Notes under the pieces: model-generated
Told to the model about the DNA's origin: nothing
What the model saw: only the letters and a program-made list of their open reading frames with translations
Database searches by the model: none
Translations under genes and position numbers: made by a program
NCBI GenBank assembly: GCA_964411615.1
Contig: CAYPLO010000018.1
Location: 1-22,237 of the forward strand
Reading direction: 5' to 3'
Length of the DNA stretch: 22,237 nt
From: an uncultured Aquificales bacterium
GTDB lineage: Bacteria; Thermosulfidibacterota; Thermosulfidibacteria; Thermosulfidibacterales; Thermosulfidibacteraceae
Shown here: positions 7,951-17,688 of the stretch, in pieces
Layout: each line of letters starts with the position of its first letter
How positions within the stretch are numbered: the stretch's first letter is position 1

Positions 7951-9547
7951 CCGCCACCTCCTCTGGAGACTTTGGAGTCACCACAATTGTGGAATAATCC
8001 TTATACCACACAAAACCGGGGCGGGGAGGCTTCCCCCTGTGGACGTTCTTCACCTTAGTGTAGTCCACCTCCACCTTTGACGCCTCCTTAGCCCTGCTGA
8101 AGTAGGCTGCAACGGAGGCCGCCTTCTCAACCACATCAGCGGGGATATCCCTCCCCTTAACAACCACATGGGCACCGGGGTAGTTCTTCACGTGCAGCCA
8201 CAGGTCTTCTCTGCCTGCAAGCCTGAAGGTCACGTAATCGTTGGCCCTGCTGTTTCTGCCCACAAGCACCTTGTATCCGTCTATATCCAGCTCAAGGTAG
8301 GAGGGCCTCTGCCCCCTCAACCTTTTCCTGCCCCTCTTAATTATATACCCCTGCTCCACAAGAACATCCTCAATATCCGAAAGGACATCACCATCCCGGG
8401 CCTCCTCTATCTGCCACAAAAGGTCCTCAAGGAAGGAGAGCTCGGAAGCCACCTCCTCAATCCTCTTCTCAACCTTCTCCCTTTTGGACTTGAGTCTTGA
8501 GTAGATGGAGAAGTACTCCTGGGCGGTGGCGCTCGGATTATTCCCCTTTATGGGAATCTCCAGCACCTCATCCGGCCTGTAGGGGTTCTCAGCCACCAGA
8601 AGCTCCTGATTGGGGGTTATCCTGTTCATGTTTATGTATATGGTCTCCCCCCAGAGCCTGAACCTCTCGTAATCCGCCGCCTCCTCAAGCTCTCTCCTCA
8701 GCCTCTCCATAAGGGACCTAAGCCTCTTTATCCTCGCCGACACCACCTTTTTCAGCCTTCTTCTGGTCTCCTCAAGGGCTTTAAGGCGTATGTATCCCAG
8801 AACAGCCTCCTTCAGGCCATCATCCACCTCCACCTTCCGGGCACCATCAACGGCGAAGGGGTAGGGCCTTCCCTCAACGAGCCACAGGTAGGGGGAGAAG
8901 AGCTCCCCTCTCAGACCCTCAAAAGCCTCCCAGAACCTGACGAGACCCTGAGGGGAAAGCTCGCCACAGAGGTCCTTCAGTCTTCTCAGGAGGAACCTGG
9001 GCACGGGGTAGAACTCCTCAGCCAGTCCATCAACCCCCTTAAGGGCAAGCACCTCCAGCACCCGGTCCCTTTCCGCATCGCCCAGATAGATGCCCCTGGG
9101 AGACTGGGGGGGCAGGTAGAGCCTACCCGGGGAGTAGCCGCTCCAGGCGTCGAGAATCCTGTTCTCCTGGCAGAAGACCATATTGCTGTGCCTTCCAAGC
9201 ACCTCAAATATGAGGGAAAAGCTTCTGGTCTTCCCAACAAAGTCCACATGGACAAAATCAAAGTAGAAGACCCTGTCCCCTTTGGGATGGTGTATGGCCT
9301 TAAGCCTCGCACCCTTCAGGTGCCTCTCCAGCAACCCTGCAAAGTGGCCGTGGTCCTCAAAGAGGGGCTCCCGTGAGAGGAAGAAGGAGGAGTATTCGGG
9401 GTCCAGAAAAAAATTCAGGAAAGGGGCGGGGGAGTGCCTGAGCCTCAGGGTTATCCCCCTCTCCCCCTGATACACCTTGGCTACAGAGGCACCCTTGATG
9501 GCCTCCGCAAGATAGGCAGCCTCCTTGGCAAGCGTGTAGTAATCCAC
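7934..9547 (-). CDS. rqcH: Ribosome quality-control factor RqcH (NFACT/FbpA family)
   Basis: NFACT-N with DR motif (PKGDRV) and EVLGRHSN, central coiled coils, and C-terminal NFACT-R (VGRNSRANDYVT, DLWLHVKNYPGAHVVV, AAYFSRA, VDYT); 537 aa, GTG start. Confidence 0.88.
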   Translation of the reverse strand: MDYYTLAKEAAYLAEAIKGASVAKVYQGERGITLRLRHSPAPFLNFFLDPEYSSFFLSREPLFEDHGHFAGLLERHLKGARLKAIHHPKGDRVFYFDFVHVDFVGKTRSFSLIFEVLGRHSNMVFCQENRILDAWSGYSPGRLYLPPQSPRGIYLGDAERDRVLEVLALKGVDGLAEEFYPVPRFLLRRLKDLCGELSPQGLVRFWEAFEGLRGELFSPYLWLVEGRPYPFAVDGARKVEVDDGLKEAVLGYIRLKALEETRRRLKKVVSARIKRLRSLMERLRRELEEAADYERFRLWGETIYINMNRITPNQELLVAENPYRPDEVLEIPIKGNNPSATAQEYFSIYSRLKSKREKVEKRIEEVASELSFLEDLLWQIEEARDGDVLSDIEDVLVEQGYIIKRGRKRLRGQRPSYLELDIDGYKVLVGRNSRANDYVTFRLAGREDLWLHVKNYPGAHVVVKGRDIPADVVEKAASVAAYFSRAKEASKVEVDYTKVKNVHRGKPPRPGFVWYKDYSTIVVTPKSPEEVADVEKG

Positions 9548-9551
9548 ACCC

Positions 9552-11240
9552 TCAGATTATCACCTTCTCCCTGTATTCGCCATAGACCTTCCTGAGGACA
9601 TCGGATATCTCGCCGAGGGTGGCGTAGACCTTCACCGCTTCGTATATGGGATACACCACGTTTTCGCCTGCCCTTGCAGCCTCCTCAAGCTCCGCCAGGG
9701 CCTTCTCCACCTTCTCGTTGTCCCTCTCCTCCCTCACCCTCTTCACCCGCTCTATCTGGCGCCTCTCAACCTCAAAGTCTATCTTCAGTATCTCCCTCTC
9801 CTGCTCCTCTTCCTCTATAACGAACTCGTTCACCCCCACTATTATCTGCTCCTTCCTGTCCACGGCCAGCTGGTAGGCGTAGGCCGCATCCTGTATCTCC
9901 TTCTGGATGAGCCCCTCCTCTATACACTTGAGGACCCCGCCGTTCTTCTCAATCCAGTCTATGTAGTCCCAGGCCCTCTTCTCTATCTCGCTGGTGAGGT
10001 ACTCAACGGCGAAGGAGCCCGCCAGCGGGTCTATGAAGTCGGCCACACCGGACTCGTAGGCTATAATCTGCTGGGTCCTCAGGGCTATCCTGGCGGAGGT
10101 CTCCGTGGGAAGGGCGAGGGCCTCGTCAAGGGCGTTGGTGTGCAGGGACTGGGTGCCTCCAAGCACCGCAGCTAAGGCCTGTATGGCCACCCTCACCACG
10201 TTGTTCTCAGGCTGCTGGGCGGTCAGCGTGCTCCCCGCCGTCTGGGTGTGGAAGCGAAGCCTCATGGAGGCGGGGTTCTTGGCTCCGAAGCGCTCCTTCA
10301 TGATTCTGGCCCACATGCGGCGGGCGGCACGGAACTTGGCAATCTCCTCAAGGAAGTTGTTGTGGCAGTTGAAGAAGAAGGAGAGCCTGGGGGCGAACTC
10401 GTCCACATCCAGCCCGGCCCTTATGGCGGCCTCAACATAGGTGATGCCGTTGGCCAAGGTGAAGGCCACCTCCTGAACCGCTGTGGAGCCGGCCTCCCTT
10501 ATGTGGTAGCCGGAGATGGAGATGGGGTTCCACTTGGGGACCCTGTCCTTGCAGAAGGCGAATATATCGGTGATTATCTTCAAAGAAGGCTCAGGGGGGA
10601 ATATGTAGGTGCCCCTGGCTATGTATTCCTTAAGCACATCGTTCTGGATGGTGCCCCTGAGGACCTTTGAGTCCACCCCCTGCTTCTCCGCCACCGCTAT
10701 GTACATGCAGAGCAGTATGGCGGCGGTGGAGTTGATGGTCATGGAGGTGGAGACCTTATCTAAGGGGATGCCGTCAAAGAGTATCTCCATATCGGCCAGA
10801 GAATCTATGGCCACACCCACACGGCCCACCTCTCCGGCGGCCATGGGGTGGTCGGAGTCGTAACCCATCTGGGTGGGCAGGTCAAAGGCCACCGAAAGCC
10901 CCGTCTGGCCCTGGGAGAGCAGGTACTTGTACCTGCGGTTGGACTCCTCTGCGGTGCCGAAGCCCGCATACTGGCGCATGGTCCAGAACCTGCCCCTGTA
11001 CATGGTGGGCTGCACGCCCCTGGTGAAGGGGTACTCCCCAGGAAAGCCCAGGTCCCTCTCGTAGTCCAAATCCTCCACATCGGAGGGGAGGAAACACCTC
11101 TTTACCTCTATCCCTGAGAAGGTTTTGAAGGTCTCCCTCCTCTCAGGAAACTTGGATACCACCTTGGCAACGGTAGTCTCCTCCCACCTCTTCCTCTCCT
11201 CGGCAAGCCTCTTCGCCGTATCCCTGTCATAGACCCTCAT
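9552..11240 (-). CDS. mcmA: Methylmalonyl-CoA mutase, large (substrate-binding) subunit, no fused B12-binding domain
   Basis: [18 protein letters not shown] (Tyr determinant), [21 protein letters not shown] (Arg determinant), [20 protein letters not shown]. Start taken as ATG 11240 after GGAGG (track start 11261). Confidence 0.93.
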   Translation of the reverse strand: MRVYDRDTAKRLAEERKRWEETTVAKVVSKFPERRETFKTFSGIEVKRCFLPSDVEDLDYERDLGFPGEYPFTRGVQPTMYRGRFWTMRQYAGFGTAEESNRRYKYLLSQGQTGLSVAFDLPTQMGYDSDHPMAAGEVGRVGVAIDSLADMEILFDGIPLDKVSTSMTINSTAAILLCMYIAVAEKQGVDSKVLRGTIQNDVLKEYIARGTYIFPPEPSLKIITDIFAFCKDRVPKWNPISISGYHIREAGSTAVQEVAFTLANGITYVEAAIRAGLDVDEFAPRLSFFFNCHNNFLEEIAKFRAARRMWARIMKERFGAKNPASMRLRFHTQTAGSTLTAQQPENNVVRVAIQALAAVLGGTQSLHTNALDEALALPTETSARIALRTQQIIAYESGVADFIDPLAGSFAVEYLTSEIEKRAWDYIDWIEKNGGVLKCIEEGLIQKEIQDAAYAYQLAVDRKEQIIVGVNEFVIEEEEQEREILKIDFEVERRQIERVKRVREERDNEKVEKALAELEEAARAGENVVYPIYEAVKVYATLGEISDVLRKVYGEYREKVII

Positions 11241-11257
11241 GGGGCACCTCCCGCAAA

Positions 11258-11791
11258 TCACTCTATCACAACCAGCACGGCCCCTGTGTTCACCACATCC
11301 CCCTCCTTAACCTTGACCGCCTTAACCACACCATCCTTGGGGGCCTTGAACTCGTTCTCCATCTTCATGGCCTCAAGTATCACCAGGGGCTGTCCCTTCT
11401 TCACCTGGTCACCCTCCGCCACGAAGACCTTGGTCACCTTACCCGTCATGGAGGTCTTCACCTCACCCTCGGCAACCCCCGCCTCACCGTGGAGGAGCTT
11501 CTCAAGCTTCATCTTCATCTCGTCCATAACCTTCAGCTCGTAGTGCTCGCCGGCGAGAAGCACCTCGTATACGTTCTTGTCCTTCTCCTCCAAGTCCACC
11601 TCGTAGCTCTTGCCGTCCATGAGCACGCTGTAGGTGCAGCAACCGTGTCTCCTCACATCAAGGGTCATCTCCCTTTTCAGCTGCTCCTTCTCACCGTCCA
11701 GCTGGTATATGGCCACCCTGTAGATGCCCTCTCCCTCCCTCTTCACATCAATCCTGTACTCTGTATCCCTGTAAACGGCTATGTAGGCCAT
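11258..11791 (-). CDS. Biotin carboxyl carrier subunit of acyl-CoA carboxylase
   Basis: EAMKMEN biotinylation motif in the C-terminal biotinyl domain, preceded by a ~90-aa predicted beta-rich region; GGAGG upstream. Confidence 0.93.
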   Translation of the reverse strand: MAYIAVYRDTEYRIDVKREGEGIYRVAIYQLDGEKEQLKREMTLDVRRHGCCTYSVLMDGKSYEVDLEEKDKNVYEVLLAGEHYELKVMDEMKMKLEKLLHGEAGVAEGEVKTSMTGKVTKVFVAEGDQVKKGQPLVILEAMKMENEFKAPKDGVVKAVKVKEGDVVNTGAVLVVIE

Positions 11792-11801
11792 CCTGTACCT
11801 C

Positions 11802-13301
11802 CTACCACCAGCAGGTTCTCATGAGCATCTTTCTGCCGAAGAACTTCCAGGGGTCCATGCCCCCTTCCCTGCAGACCCTCTCGGCACCGAGCTCCTTCTC
11901 GTCCTCGGCGATGGCGGCAAGGGCAAGGGCCAGCTCCAGCCCCTCCTCACTCCCCTCACCGAGCCTGTCCAGCACGGAGTTCACAAAGGTGGTGTCAAAG
12001 TCGCCCCTTATGAACCTTGGGTCCTCCAGCACCAGAAGGTGGAAGGGGATGGTGGTCCTTATGCCCCTCACCACAAACTCCCTGAGGGCCCTCTTGCTCC
12101 TGGCTATCACCTCGCTCCTGTCCCTTCCCCAGACTATGAGCTTTGCCACTATGGGGTCGTACTCCATGGGGACCACGGCCCCCTCAAAGACACCCACATC
12201 CACCCTTATGCCAGGGCCTCCCGGTACCCTGAAGCCCGTAATCTTGCCGGGAGAGGGCATGAAGTTGTTGAAGGGGTCCTCGGCATAGATACGGAACTCC
12301 ATCGAGGCCCCCTCCATCTTCACATCCTCCTGGGTGTAGGCGAGCCTCTCATCGGCCGCTATCTTTATCATCTCCTTGACAATGTCTATCCCCGTCACCA
12401 TCTCGGTAACGGGATGCTCCACCTGAAGGCGGGTGTTCACCTCCAAAAAGTAGAAGTTCCTGTCCTTATCCACCAGGAACTCCACGGTGCCTGCGCTGTA
12501 GTAGCCTGCAGCCTCGGCCACTTTAAGGGCAGCCTCACCCATACGCCTTCTCAGGTCCTCGTCCATTATCACCGAGGGGGTCTCCTCTATAACCTTCTGA
12601 TGCCTCCTCTGGATGGAGCACTCCCTCTCCCCCAGGTAGATGCCGTTGCCGTGCTTGTCCACCAGAATCTGCATCTCCACGTGCCTGGGGTTCTCAATGT
12701 ACTTCTCTATGTAGAGGGAGTCGTCCCCGAAGGCCCCCTTGGCCTCGGACCTGGCCATCCTTATGGCCGATGCCAGCTCCTCCTTGGAGGAGACCAGCCT
12801 CATACCCTTACCGCCACCCCCAGCCACAGCCTTCAGCATGATGGGGAATCCTATCTCCTCCGCCTTCCTCATTATCTCCTCATCGCTCAGGGGCTCCATG
12901 GTTCCGGGGATGACGGGAACCCCTGCCTTCATGGCGGTCTGCCTGGCCACGGTCTTGCTTCCCATGGCCACGATGGACTCCTTGGGGGGACCTATGAAGA
13001 CTATGCCTGCATCCTCACAGGCCTTGGCAAACTCCGCATTCTCGGCGAGGAACCCGTATCCGGGGTGTATGGCCTCCGCCCCAGAGCGCTTGGCAACGTC
13101 TATGATTTTGTCTATGCGAAGGTAGCTCTCGGAGGCAGGTGGGGGGCCTATGTGGTAGGCCTCGTCCGCCATCCTGACGTGCAGGGCATCCCTGTCCACA
13201 TCGGAATACACGGCCACCGTCTTTATCCCCATCTCCCTGCACGCCCTTATGATTCTCACGGCTATCTCGCTTCTATTGGCAACCAGCACCTTGCTGAACA
13301 T
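11802..13301 (-). CDS. accC: Biotin carboxylase subunit of acyl-CoA carboxylase
   Basis: [62 protein letters not shown]; 499 aa. Confidence 0.96.
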   Translation of the reverse strand: MFSKVLVANRSEIAVRIIRACREMGIKTVAVYSDVDRDALHVRMADEAYHIGPPPASESYLRIDKIIDVAKRSGAEAIHPGYGFLAENAEFAKACEDAGIVFIGPPKESIVAMGSKTVARQTAMKAGVPVIPGTMEPLSDEEIMRKAEEIGFPIMLKAVAGGGGKGMRLVSSKEELASAIRMARSEAKGAFGDDSLYIEKYIENPRHVEMQILVDKHGNGIYLGERECSIQRRHQKVIEETPSVIMDEDLRRRMGEAALKVAEAAGYYSAGTVEFLVDKDRNFYFLEVNTRLQVEHPVTEMVTGIDIVKEMIKIAADERLAYTQEDVKMEGASMEFRIYAEDPFNNFMPSPGKITGFRVPGGPGIRVDVGVFEGAVVPMEYDPIVAKLIVWGRDRSEVIARSKRALREFVVRGIRTTIPFHLLVLEDPRFIRGDFDTTFVNSVLDRLGEGSEEGLELALALAAIAEDEKELGAERVCREGGMDPWKFFGRKMLMRTCWW

Positions 13302-13312
13302 AGCGCTCCTCC

Positions 13313-14863
13313 TTAAAGGGGTATGTTGCCGTGCTTCTTGGGAGGCATGGTGTCCCTCTTGCCCAGGCAGGTCTCAAGGGCCTGTATGAGCCTCATCCTG
13401 GTGTACTTGGGCTCTATCACCTCGTCTATGTAGCCCATCTGGGCGGCTATATAGGGATTGGCAAAGGTCTTCCTGTACTCGGCAACCAGCCTGGCCTTCT
13501 CCGCCTCGGGGTCCTCGGCCTCGGCTATCTGCCTGCGGAAGATGATGTTGACGGCTCCATCGGGACCCATAACGGCAATCTCCGCCGTGGGCCATGCGAA
13601 GTTGTAGTCTGCCCTTATGTTCTTGGAGCCAAGAACGTCAAAGGCACCACCGTAGGCCTTCCTCACCACAACGGTGAGCTTGGGCACGGTGGCCTCGCAG
13701 TAGGCATAGAGCAGTTTGGCACCGTGCTTTATGATACCGCCGTGCTCCTGGGCCACACCGGGGAGGAAGCCTGGAACGTCCTCAAAGGTGACTATGGGGA
13801 TGTTGAAGGCATCGCAGAACCTGACGAACCTGGCCCCCTTCACAGAGGCGTTTATATCAAGGCACCCTGCAAGGTGCATGGGCTGGTTGGCCACAATACC
13901 CACCACGTGTCCGTTGAGCCTGGCAAATCCTATAATCAGATTGGGGGCGAACATGGGCTGCACCTCAAAGAAGTAGTGGTCGTCCACCACCGTCTTTATA
14001 ATCTCCTTCATGTCGTAGGGCTTGTTGGGGTCGTCGGGAACGTAGTAGTTGAGGTCCTCATCCACCCTCTTGGGGTCGTCTGTGGGCTCCTTGTAGGGCG
14101 GGTCCTCCATGTTGTTGGAGGGCAGAAAGCTCATCAGCTCCCTTATCAGCAGCAGGCACTCTTCATCATTCTCCGCCATAAAGTGGGCAACGCCGGAGAT
14201 GGTGTTGTGGGTGAGGGCACCTCCCAGCTCCTCCTTGGTTATCTCCTCATGGGTTGTGGCCTTTATAACGTCGGGGCCCGTTATGAACATGTAGGAGGTG
14301 TTCTTCACCATGAAGATGAAGTCGGTTATGGCGGGGGAATAGACGGCACCACCGGCACAGGGACCCATTATGGCCGATATCTGGGGTATAACCCCTGAGG
14401 CGAGGGTGTTTCTCAGGAATATGTCGGCGTATCCGGCCAAGGAGACAACCCCCTCCTGTATCCTGGCCCCGCCTGAGTCGTTGAGCCCTATGACGGGACA
14501 ACCGTTCTTCATGGCAAGGTCCATGATTTTGCAGACCTTCTTGGCGAACATCTCCGAAAGGGAGCCGCCGAAGACGGTGAAGTCCTGGGAGAAGACGTAG
14601 ACCGTTCTTCCGTTTATCTTGCCGAACCCTGTGACCACGCCATCACCAAGTATCTTCTTCTTGTCCATACCGAAGTGGCTGCACCTGTGGACAACGAACT
14701 TGTCCATCTCAACGAATGTCCCCTTATCCAGGAGAATCTCTATGCGCTCCCTGGCGGTTAGTTTGCCCATCTCATGCTGCTTCTTTATACGCTCAGGTCC
14801 ACCCCCCTGCTCGGCAAGCTCGTTGAGCCTCCTCAGCTCCTGAAGCTTCTCCTCTATCCCCAT
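13313..14863 (-). CDS. pccB: Acyl-CoA carboxylase carboxyltransferase (propionyl-CoA carboxylase beta type)
   Basis: [46 protein letters not shown], and C-terminal KKHGNIPL; 516 aa. Confidence 0.93.
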   Translation of the reverse strand: MGIEEKLQELRRLNELAEQGGGPERIKKQHEMGKLTARERIEILLDKGTFVEMDKFVVHRCSHFGMDKKKILGDGVVTGFGKINGRTVYVFSQDFTVFGGSLSEMFAKKVCKIMDLAMKNGCPVIGLNDSGGARIQEGVVSLAGYADIFLRNTLASGVIPQISAIMGPCAGGAVYSPAITDFIFMVKNTSYMFITGPDVIKATTHEEITKEELGGALTHNTISGVAHFMAENDEECLLLIRELMSFLPSNNMEDPPYKEPTDDPKRVDEDLNYYVPDDPNKPYDMKEIIKTVVDDHYFFEVQPMFAPNLIIGFARLNGHVVGIVANQPMHLAGCLDINASVKGARFVRFCDAFNIPIVTFEDVPGFLPGVAQEHGGIIKHGAKLLYAYCEATVPKLTVVVRKAYGGAFDVLGSKNIRADYNFAWPTAEIAVMGPDGAVNIIFRRQIAEAEDPEAEKARLVAEYRKTFANPYIAAQMGYIDEVIEPKYTRMRLIQALETCLGKRDTMPPKKHGNIPL

Positions 14864-14889
14864 ACTCGCCCTCCCGGATGGATTTTCTT

Positions 14890-15723
14890 CTAAATTAACA
14901 ATTTTTCATACAGCTTAGCAATAGCGAGCCACCCCTCAGGCTCCAGGGCATCGGGCCTGACATCTGCAGGGACCCCCGCCTCCTTCAGGATGGCCTCCCA
15001 GTCAACCTGAGGAATGCCCATCCTCAAGGCCTTAACAAGCCTCTTTCTTCTGTAGGGGAAGGCCCCGTCCAGCACCCTCCTTAAAGACAGCTTCAGGGAC
15101 GGGGGCAGAGTCCCCTCCCTGATACCCTCAACCACAGCAGAGTCCACCTCGGGCCTCGGCCAGAACGAATTTTTCGAAACTCCAAAAATTATCCTAACAC
15201 GAAAAGTTAAGGAAAACAACACGCTGAGCACGCCATACTCCTTGGTGCCCGGGGAAGCCACCAGACGGCGGGCCACCTCCCTCTGGAACATGAGGTAGAA
15301 CCTCTCCACCGCATCCCCCTCGTCCCACAGCTTGAACATGAAGGGGGAGGAGATACTGTAGGGCAGATTGGAGACCACCACAGCCCCCTCAGGCAACGTC
15401 TCCTTAAGATTAAGCCTCAGCACATCCCCCTCCACCACCTGCGCACCGGGGTAGGGGGATAGGAGCTCCCTCAGGTGGGATGCCAGCAGGGGGTCCTTCT
15501 CCACCACAAGAAGGGTGCCGCATCTTTCGGCCAGGGGAAGGGAGAGGGCCCCGTGCCCTCCCCCCACCTCAAGGACAAAGGATTCTTCCCTCAGGGATGC
15601 CGCATGGAGTATCCTCTCAACCACCCCGTCATCTATCAGAAAATTCTGGCCCAGGTGCCTTCTGGGCCTCAGCCCCAGCGCCCTTACCCTGCCGAGAAGC
15701 TCCCTGCAACTAACCGATGGCAT
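14890..15723 (-). CDS. rsmA: 16S rRNA m6,2A dimethyltransferase (KsgA)
   Basis: [17 protein letters not shown] (SAM-binding, GPGxG variant), [37 protein letters not shown]. Confidence 0.95.
   Translation of the reverse strand: MPSVSCRELLGRVRALGLRPRRHLGQNFLIDDGVVERILHAASLREESFVLEVGGGHGALSLPLAERCGTLLVVEKDPLLASHLRELLSPYPGAQVVEGDVLRLNLKETLPEGAVVVSNLPYSISSPFMFKLWDEGDAVERFYLMFQREVARRLVASPGTKEYGVLSVLFSLTFRVRIIFGVSKNSFWPRPEVDSAVVEGIREGTLPPSLKLSLRRVLDGAFPYRRKRLVKALRMGIPQVDWEAILKEAGVPADVRPDALEPEGWLAIAKLYEKLLI
14892..14921 (-). promoter_or_regulatory. Candidate sigma70-type promoter for pccB, overlapping the rsmA 3' end
   Basis: Minus strand TTGCTA (14916-14921) - 18 nt - TAATTT (14892-14897), with an extended -10 TG. 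Local AT-rich patch; GGGAGG SD and the pccB ATG follow within 30 nt. Confidence 0.45.
15168..15219 (-). promoter_or_regulatory. Candidate intragenic promoter plus adjacent inverted repeat inside rsmA
   Basis: Minus strand TTGTTT (15214-15219) - 17 nt - TAGGAT (15191-15196) with extended -10 TG, immediately followed by the imperfect palindrome AATTTTTcGAaacTCcAAAAATT (15168-15190). Abrupt AT-rich island. Confidence 0.4.
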
Positions 15724-16381
15724 CCAGAAGGCTCATATCTCCGAAGGCCCTCTTCCAGTCGTCAAGGAAGCGCCTAATCCCTATGTCCGTCAGGGGATGC
15801 TTAAGGAGCTGCTCCATCACCTTGTAGGGCACAGTCACTATATGGGCCCCTATCTTTGCCGCCTCAACCACATGCCGGGGATGGCGGACACTTGCCACTA
15901 TCACCTCTGTGGGGAACTGGTAGTACTCCATCACGGGCACTATGGTCTCTATCAGCTCCATCCCCTCGTGGCTTATGTCGTCAAGCCTTCCCACGAAGGG
16001 GGATACGAAGGTGGCCCCCGCCTTTGCGGCGAGGATGGCCTGGGACGGGGAGAAGATGAGGGTGACGTTGGTCTTTATCCCCTCCTCAGACAGGGTCCTC
16101 ACCGCCTTCAGCCCCTCTTTGGTCATGGGTATCTTGACGGCGATGTTGGGGTGTATCTTTGCAAGCTCCCGGGCCTCCCTCACCATACCCTCGTAATCCA
16201 GGCTCAGCACCTCGGCGCTAACAGGACCGTCAACTATGGAGCATATCTCCTCAAGGACCTCCCTGTACCTCCTGCCCGTCTTGGCAACGAGGGTGGGGTT
16301 TGTGGTGACCCCGTCAAGTATCCCCCAGCTTGCAACCTCCCTTATCTCCTCCACAAAGGCGGTGTCCAGGAAGAACTTCAT
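15710..16381 (-). CDS. tal: Transaldolase (small Tal/Fsa family)
   Basis: [19 protein letters not shown] (Glu), Schiff-base [21 protein letters not shown] (Phe), HPLTD. The Glu/Phe pair indicates transaldolase rather than fructose-6-phosphate aldolase. Confidence 0.93.
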   Translation of the reverse strand: MKFFLDTAFVEEIREVASWGILDGVTTNPTLVAKTGRRYREVLEEICSIVDGPVSAEVLSLDYEGMVREARELAKIHPNIAVKIPMTKEGLKAVRTLSEEGIKTNVTLIFSPSQAILAAKAGATFVSPFVGRLDDISHEGMELIETIVPVMEYYQFPTEVIVASVRHPRHVVEAAKIGAHIVTVPYKVMEQLLKHPLTDIGIRRFLDDWKRAFGDMSLLDAIG

Positions 16382-17688
16382 GGCTCCCTCCCTCCATCTA
16401 TTTTGAACTCTGCACCCAGCTGTCCCTCAATGATGGCAAGCCTGTTTATCTGGTTGGTCCCCTCGTATATCTGGGTGAGTCTGGCATCCCTGGCCGCCTT
16501 CTCAACCCCGTGGCAGTGCAGGAACCCGTGGTCCTCCATAAGGGCCATGGCCCGGTTGCAGACCTCCCATGCGGTATCGGAGCAGAAGACCTTGGCTATG
16601 GACCCTGCGGTCTGGAAGGGAACCCTGTAGCCCACCGCATGCCATACGGTAGCCCTCATGGCGAAGAGCTTGGCCAGCATCTCCGCAAGCTCCAGCTGCA
16701 CCTCCTGATACTCTATGAGGGGGCGGTTGTTCAGCTTAGCCTCGTGGCAGAAGGCGAGGGCCCTCTCAAAGGCCCCTCTGGCTATACCCAGGGCTATGGC
16801 TCCAACCACGGGCCTTGAGTAGTTGAGAACGTTCCTGTTTATAGCCCAGCCCGCTCCCACAGGCCCTATAACCCGGCTGTCGGGGACGAAGACATCCTCA
16901 AGGACGAGTTCCGTGGCATCGGCAGCCCTCTGCCCCATCTTCCTCTCGGAACGGCCAACGGAGAAGCCCTCCATGGACTTGTCCAGAAGAAAACAGGTCC
17001 AGCTCTCCATCCCCCCATCCTCAACGGCGGCAAAGAGGGTCACCCATTTGGCCACCCTTCCGTTTGAGATGAAGACCTTCCTGCCAGAGATGCGCCAGCC
17101 CCCGGGAACCCTCCTGGCCCTGCATCCGGGGGTGGCCCTGGCGGCCCCGTAGGTGTCCTCCGCATCGGAGCCTGCGTTGGGCTCTGTTATGGCGAAGGCG
17201 GCAATCTCCGGCTCACCCGCCTTTATCTTAGAGTATATCCTCCTCATCCACATGAGGGCCCGAAGGTCCCCCGAGATGAAAAGAGGAGCCATGCCCAAAT
17301 CGTGGGCCAGAAGGGCAAGGCCTATCCCCGCACAGGCGGCACAGAACTCCTCCGCCTTCAGGGCAGGCCCCAGGAGGAAGGACCTGGCAAGGGCCACGGG
17401 GTTGGCGGTCCCTACGGGCCAGGGCATAAGCTCCGTCTGGAATCCCTCCTTAGCCGACCTGCGGAACACCTCCACAACGTCAACAGAGGACGGGTCCGCA
17501 TCCCCCTTAAGGGCCAGGGGGGCTATCACCTCTTCGGCGAACCTCCTGTACCTCCTCCTCATCCTCCCAAAGGGCCAGGGAAGGCGCTTGGTGTCCCTCT
17601 CCCAGAGGCTAATGGCCCTGGCATCGTAGAGGAGCCTGCCTATGAAGTTCAGCCTTTTCCTCGCCTCACCGGGAGATAGTCCCCTCAC
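16378..17688 (-). CDS. Acyl-CoA dehydrogenase family protein (catalytic-Glu-bearing subunit)
   Basis: [53 protein letters not shown]; 436 aa; 4-nt overlaps with both neighbours. Confidence 0.92.
   Translation of the reverse strand: MRGLSPGEARKRLNFIGRLLYDARAISLWERDTKRLPWPFGRMRRRYRRFAEEVIAPLALKGDADPSSVDVVEVFRRSAKEGFQTELMPWPVGTANPVALARSFLLGPALKAEEFCAACAGIGLALLAHDLGMAPLFISGDLRALMWMRRIYSKIKAGEPEIAAFAITEPNAGSDAEDTYGAARATPGCRARRVPGGWRISGRKVFISNGRVAKWVTLFAAVEDGGMESWTCFLLDKSMEGFSVGRSERKMGQRAADATELVLEDVFVPDSRVIGPVGAGWAINRNVLNYSRPVVGAIALGIARGAFERALAFCHEAKLNNRPLIEYQEVQLELAEMLAKLFAMRATVWHAVGYRVPFQTAGSIAKVFCSDTAWEVCNRAMALMEDHGFLHCHGVEKAARDARLTQIYEGTNQINRLAIIEGQLGAEFKIDGGREP

Noticed and set aside
7988..8010. 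DnaA boxes or a CRP site
   Set aside because: The half-sites deviate from TTWTNCACA and there is no box cluster or unwinding element; the 13-nt spacing does not fit CRP TGTGA-N6-TCACA. Kept only as an unassigned palindrome.
9552..11240. Isobutyryl-CoA or other non-methylmalonyl mutase
   Set aside because: It has Tyr in RQYAG and Arg in YIARG, the methylmalonyl-CoA determinants, and clusters with mce and pccB.
12039..13316. Long + strand ORFs (425 aa here; also 4456-5427, 13331-14398, 15515-16630, 20725-21783 and many shorter ones)
   Set aside because: All are antisense shadows of well-supported minus-strand genes. They are H/L/P- or S/P-rich with no recognisable motifs, as expected from the sense-strand codon bias.
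11258..14863. Na+-pumping methylmalonyl-CoA decarboxylase, or an autotrophic 3-hydroxypropionate-type pathway
   Set aside because: A biotin carboxylase is present and no membrane beta (OadB/MmdB) subunit is, which favours a carboxylase. No malonyl-CoA reductase or propionyl-CoA synthase is in the window, so autotrophy cannot be supported.
15710..16381. Fructose-6-phosphate aldolase
   Set aside because: It has Glu (SAEV) and Phe (SPFVGR), typical of transaldolases, rather than the Gln/Tyr of FSA.
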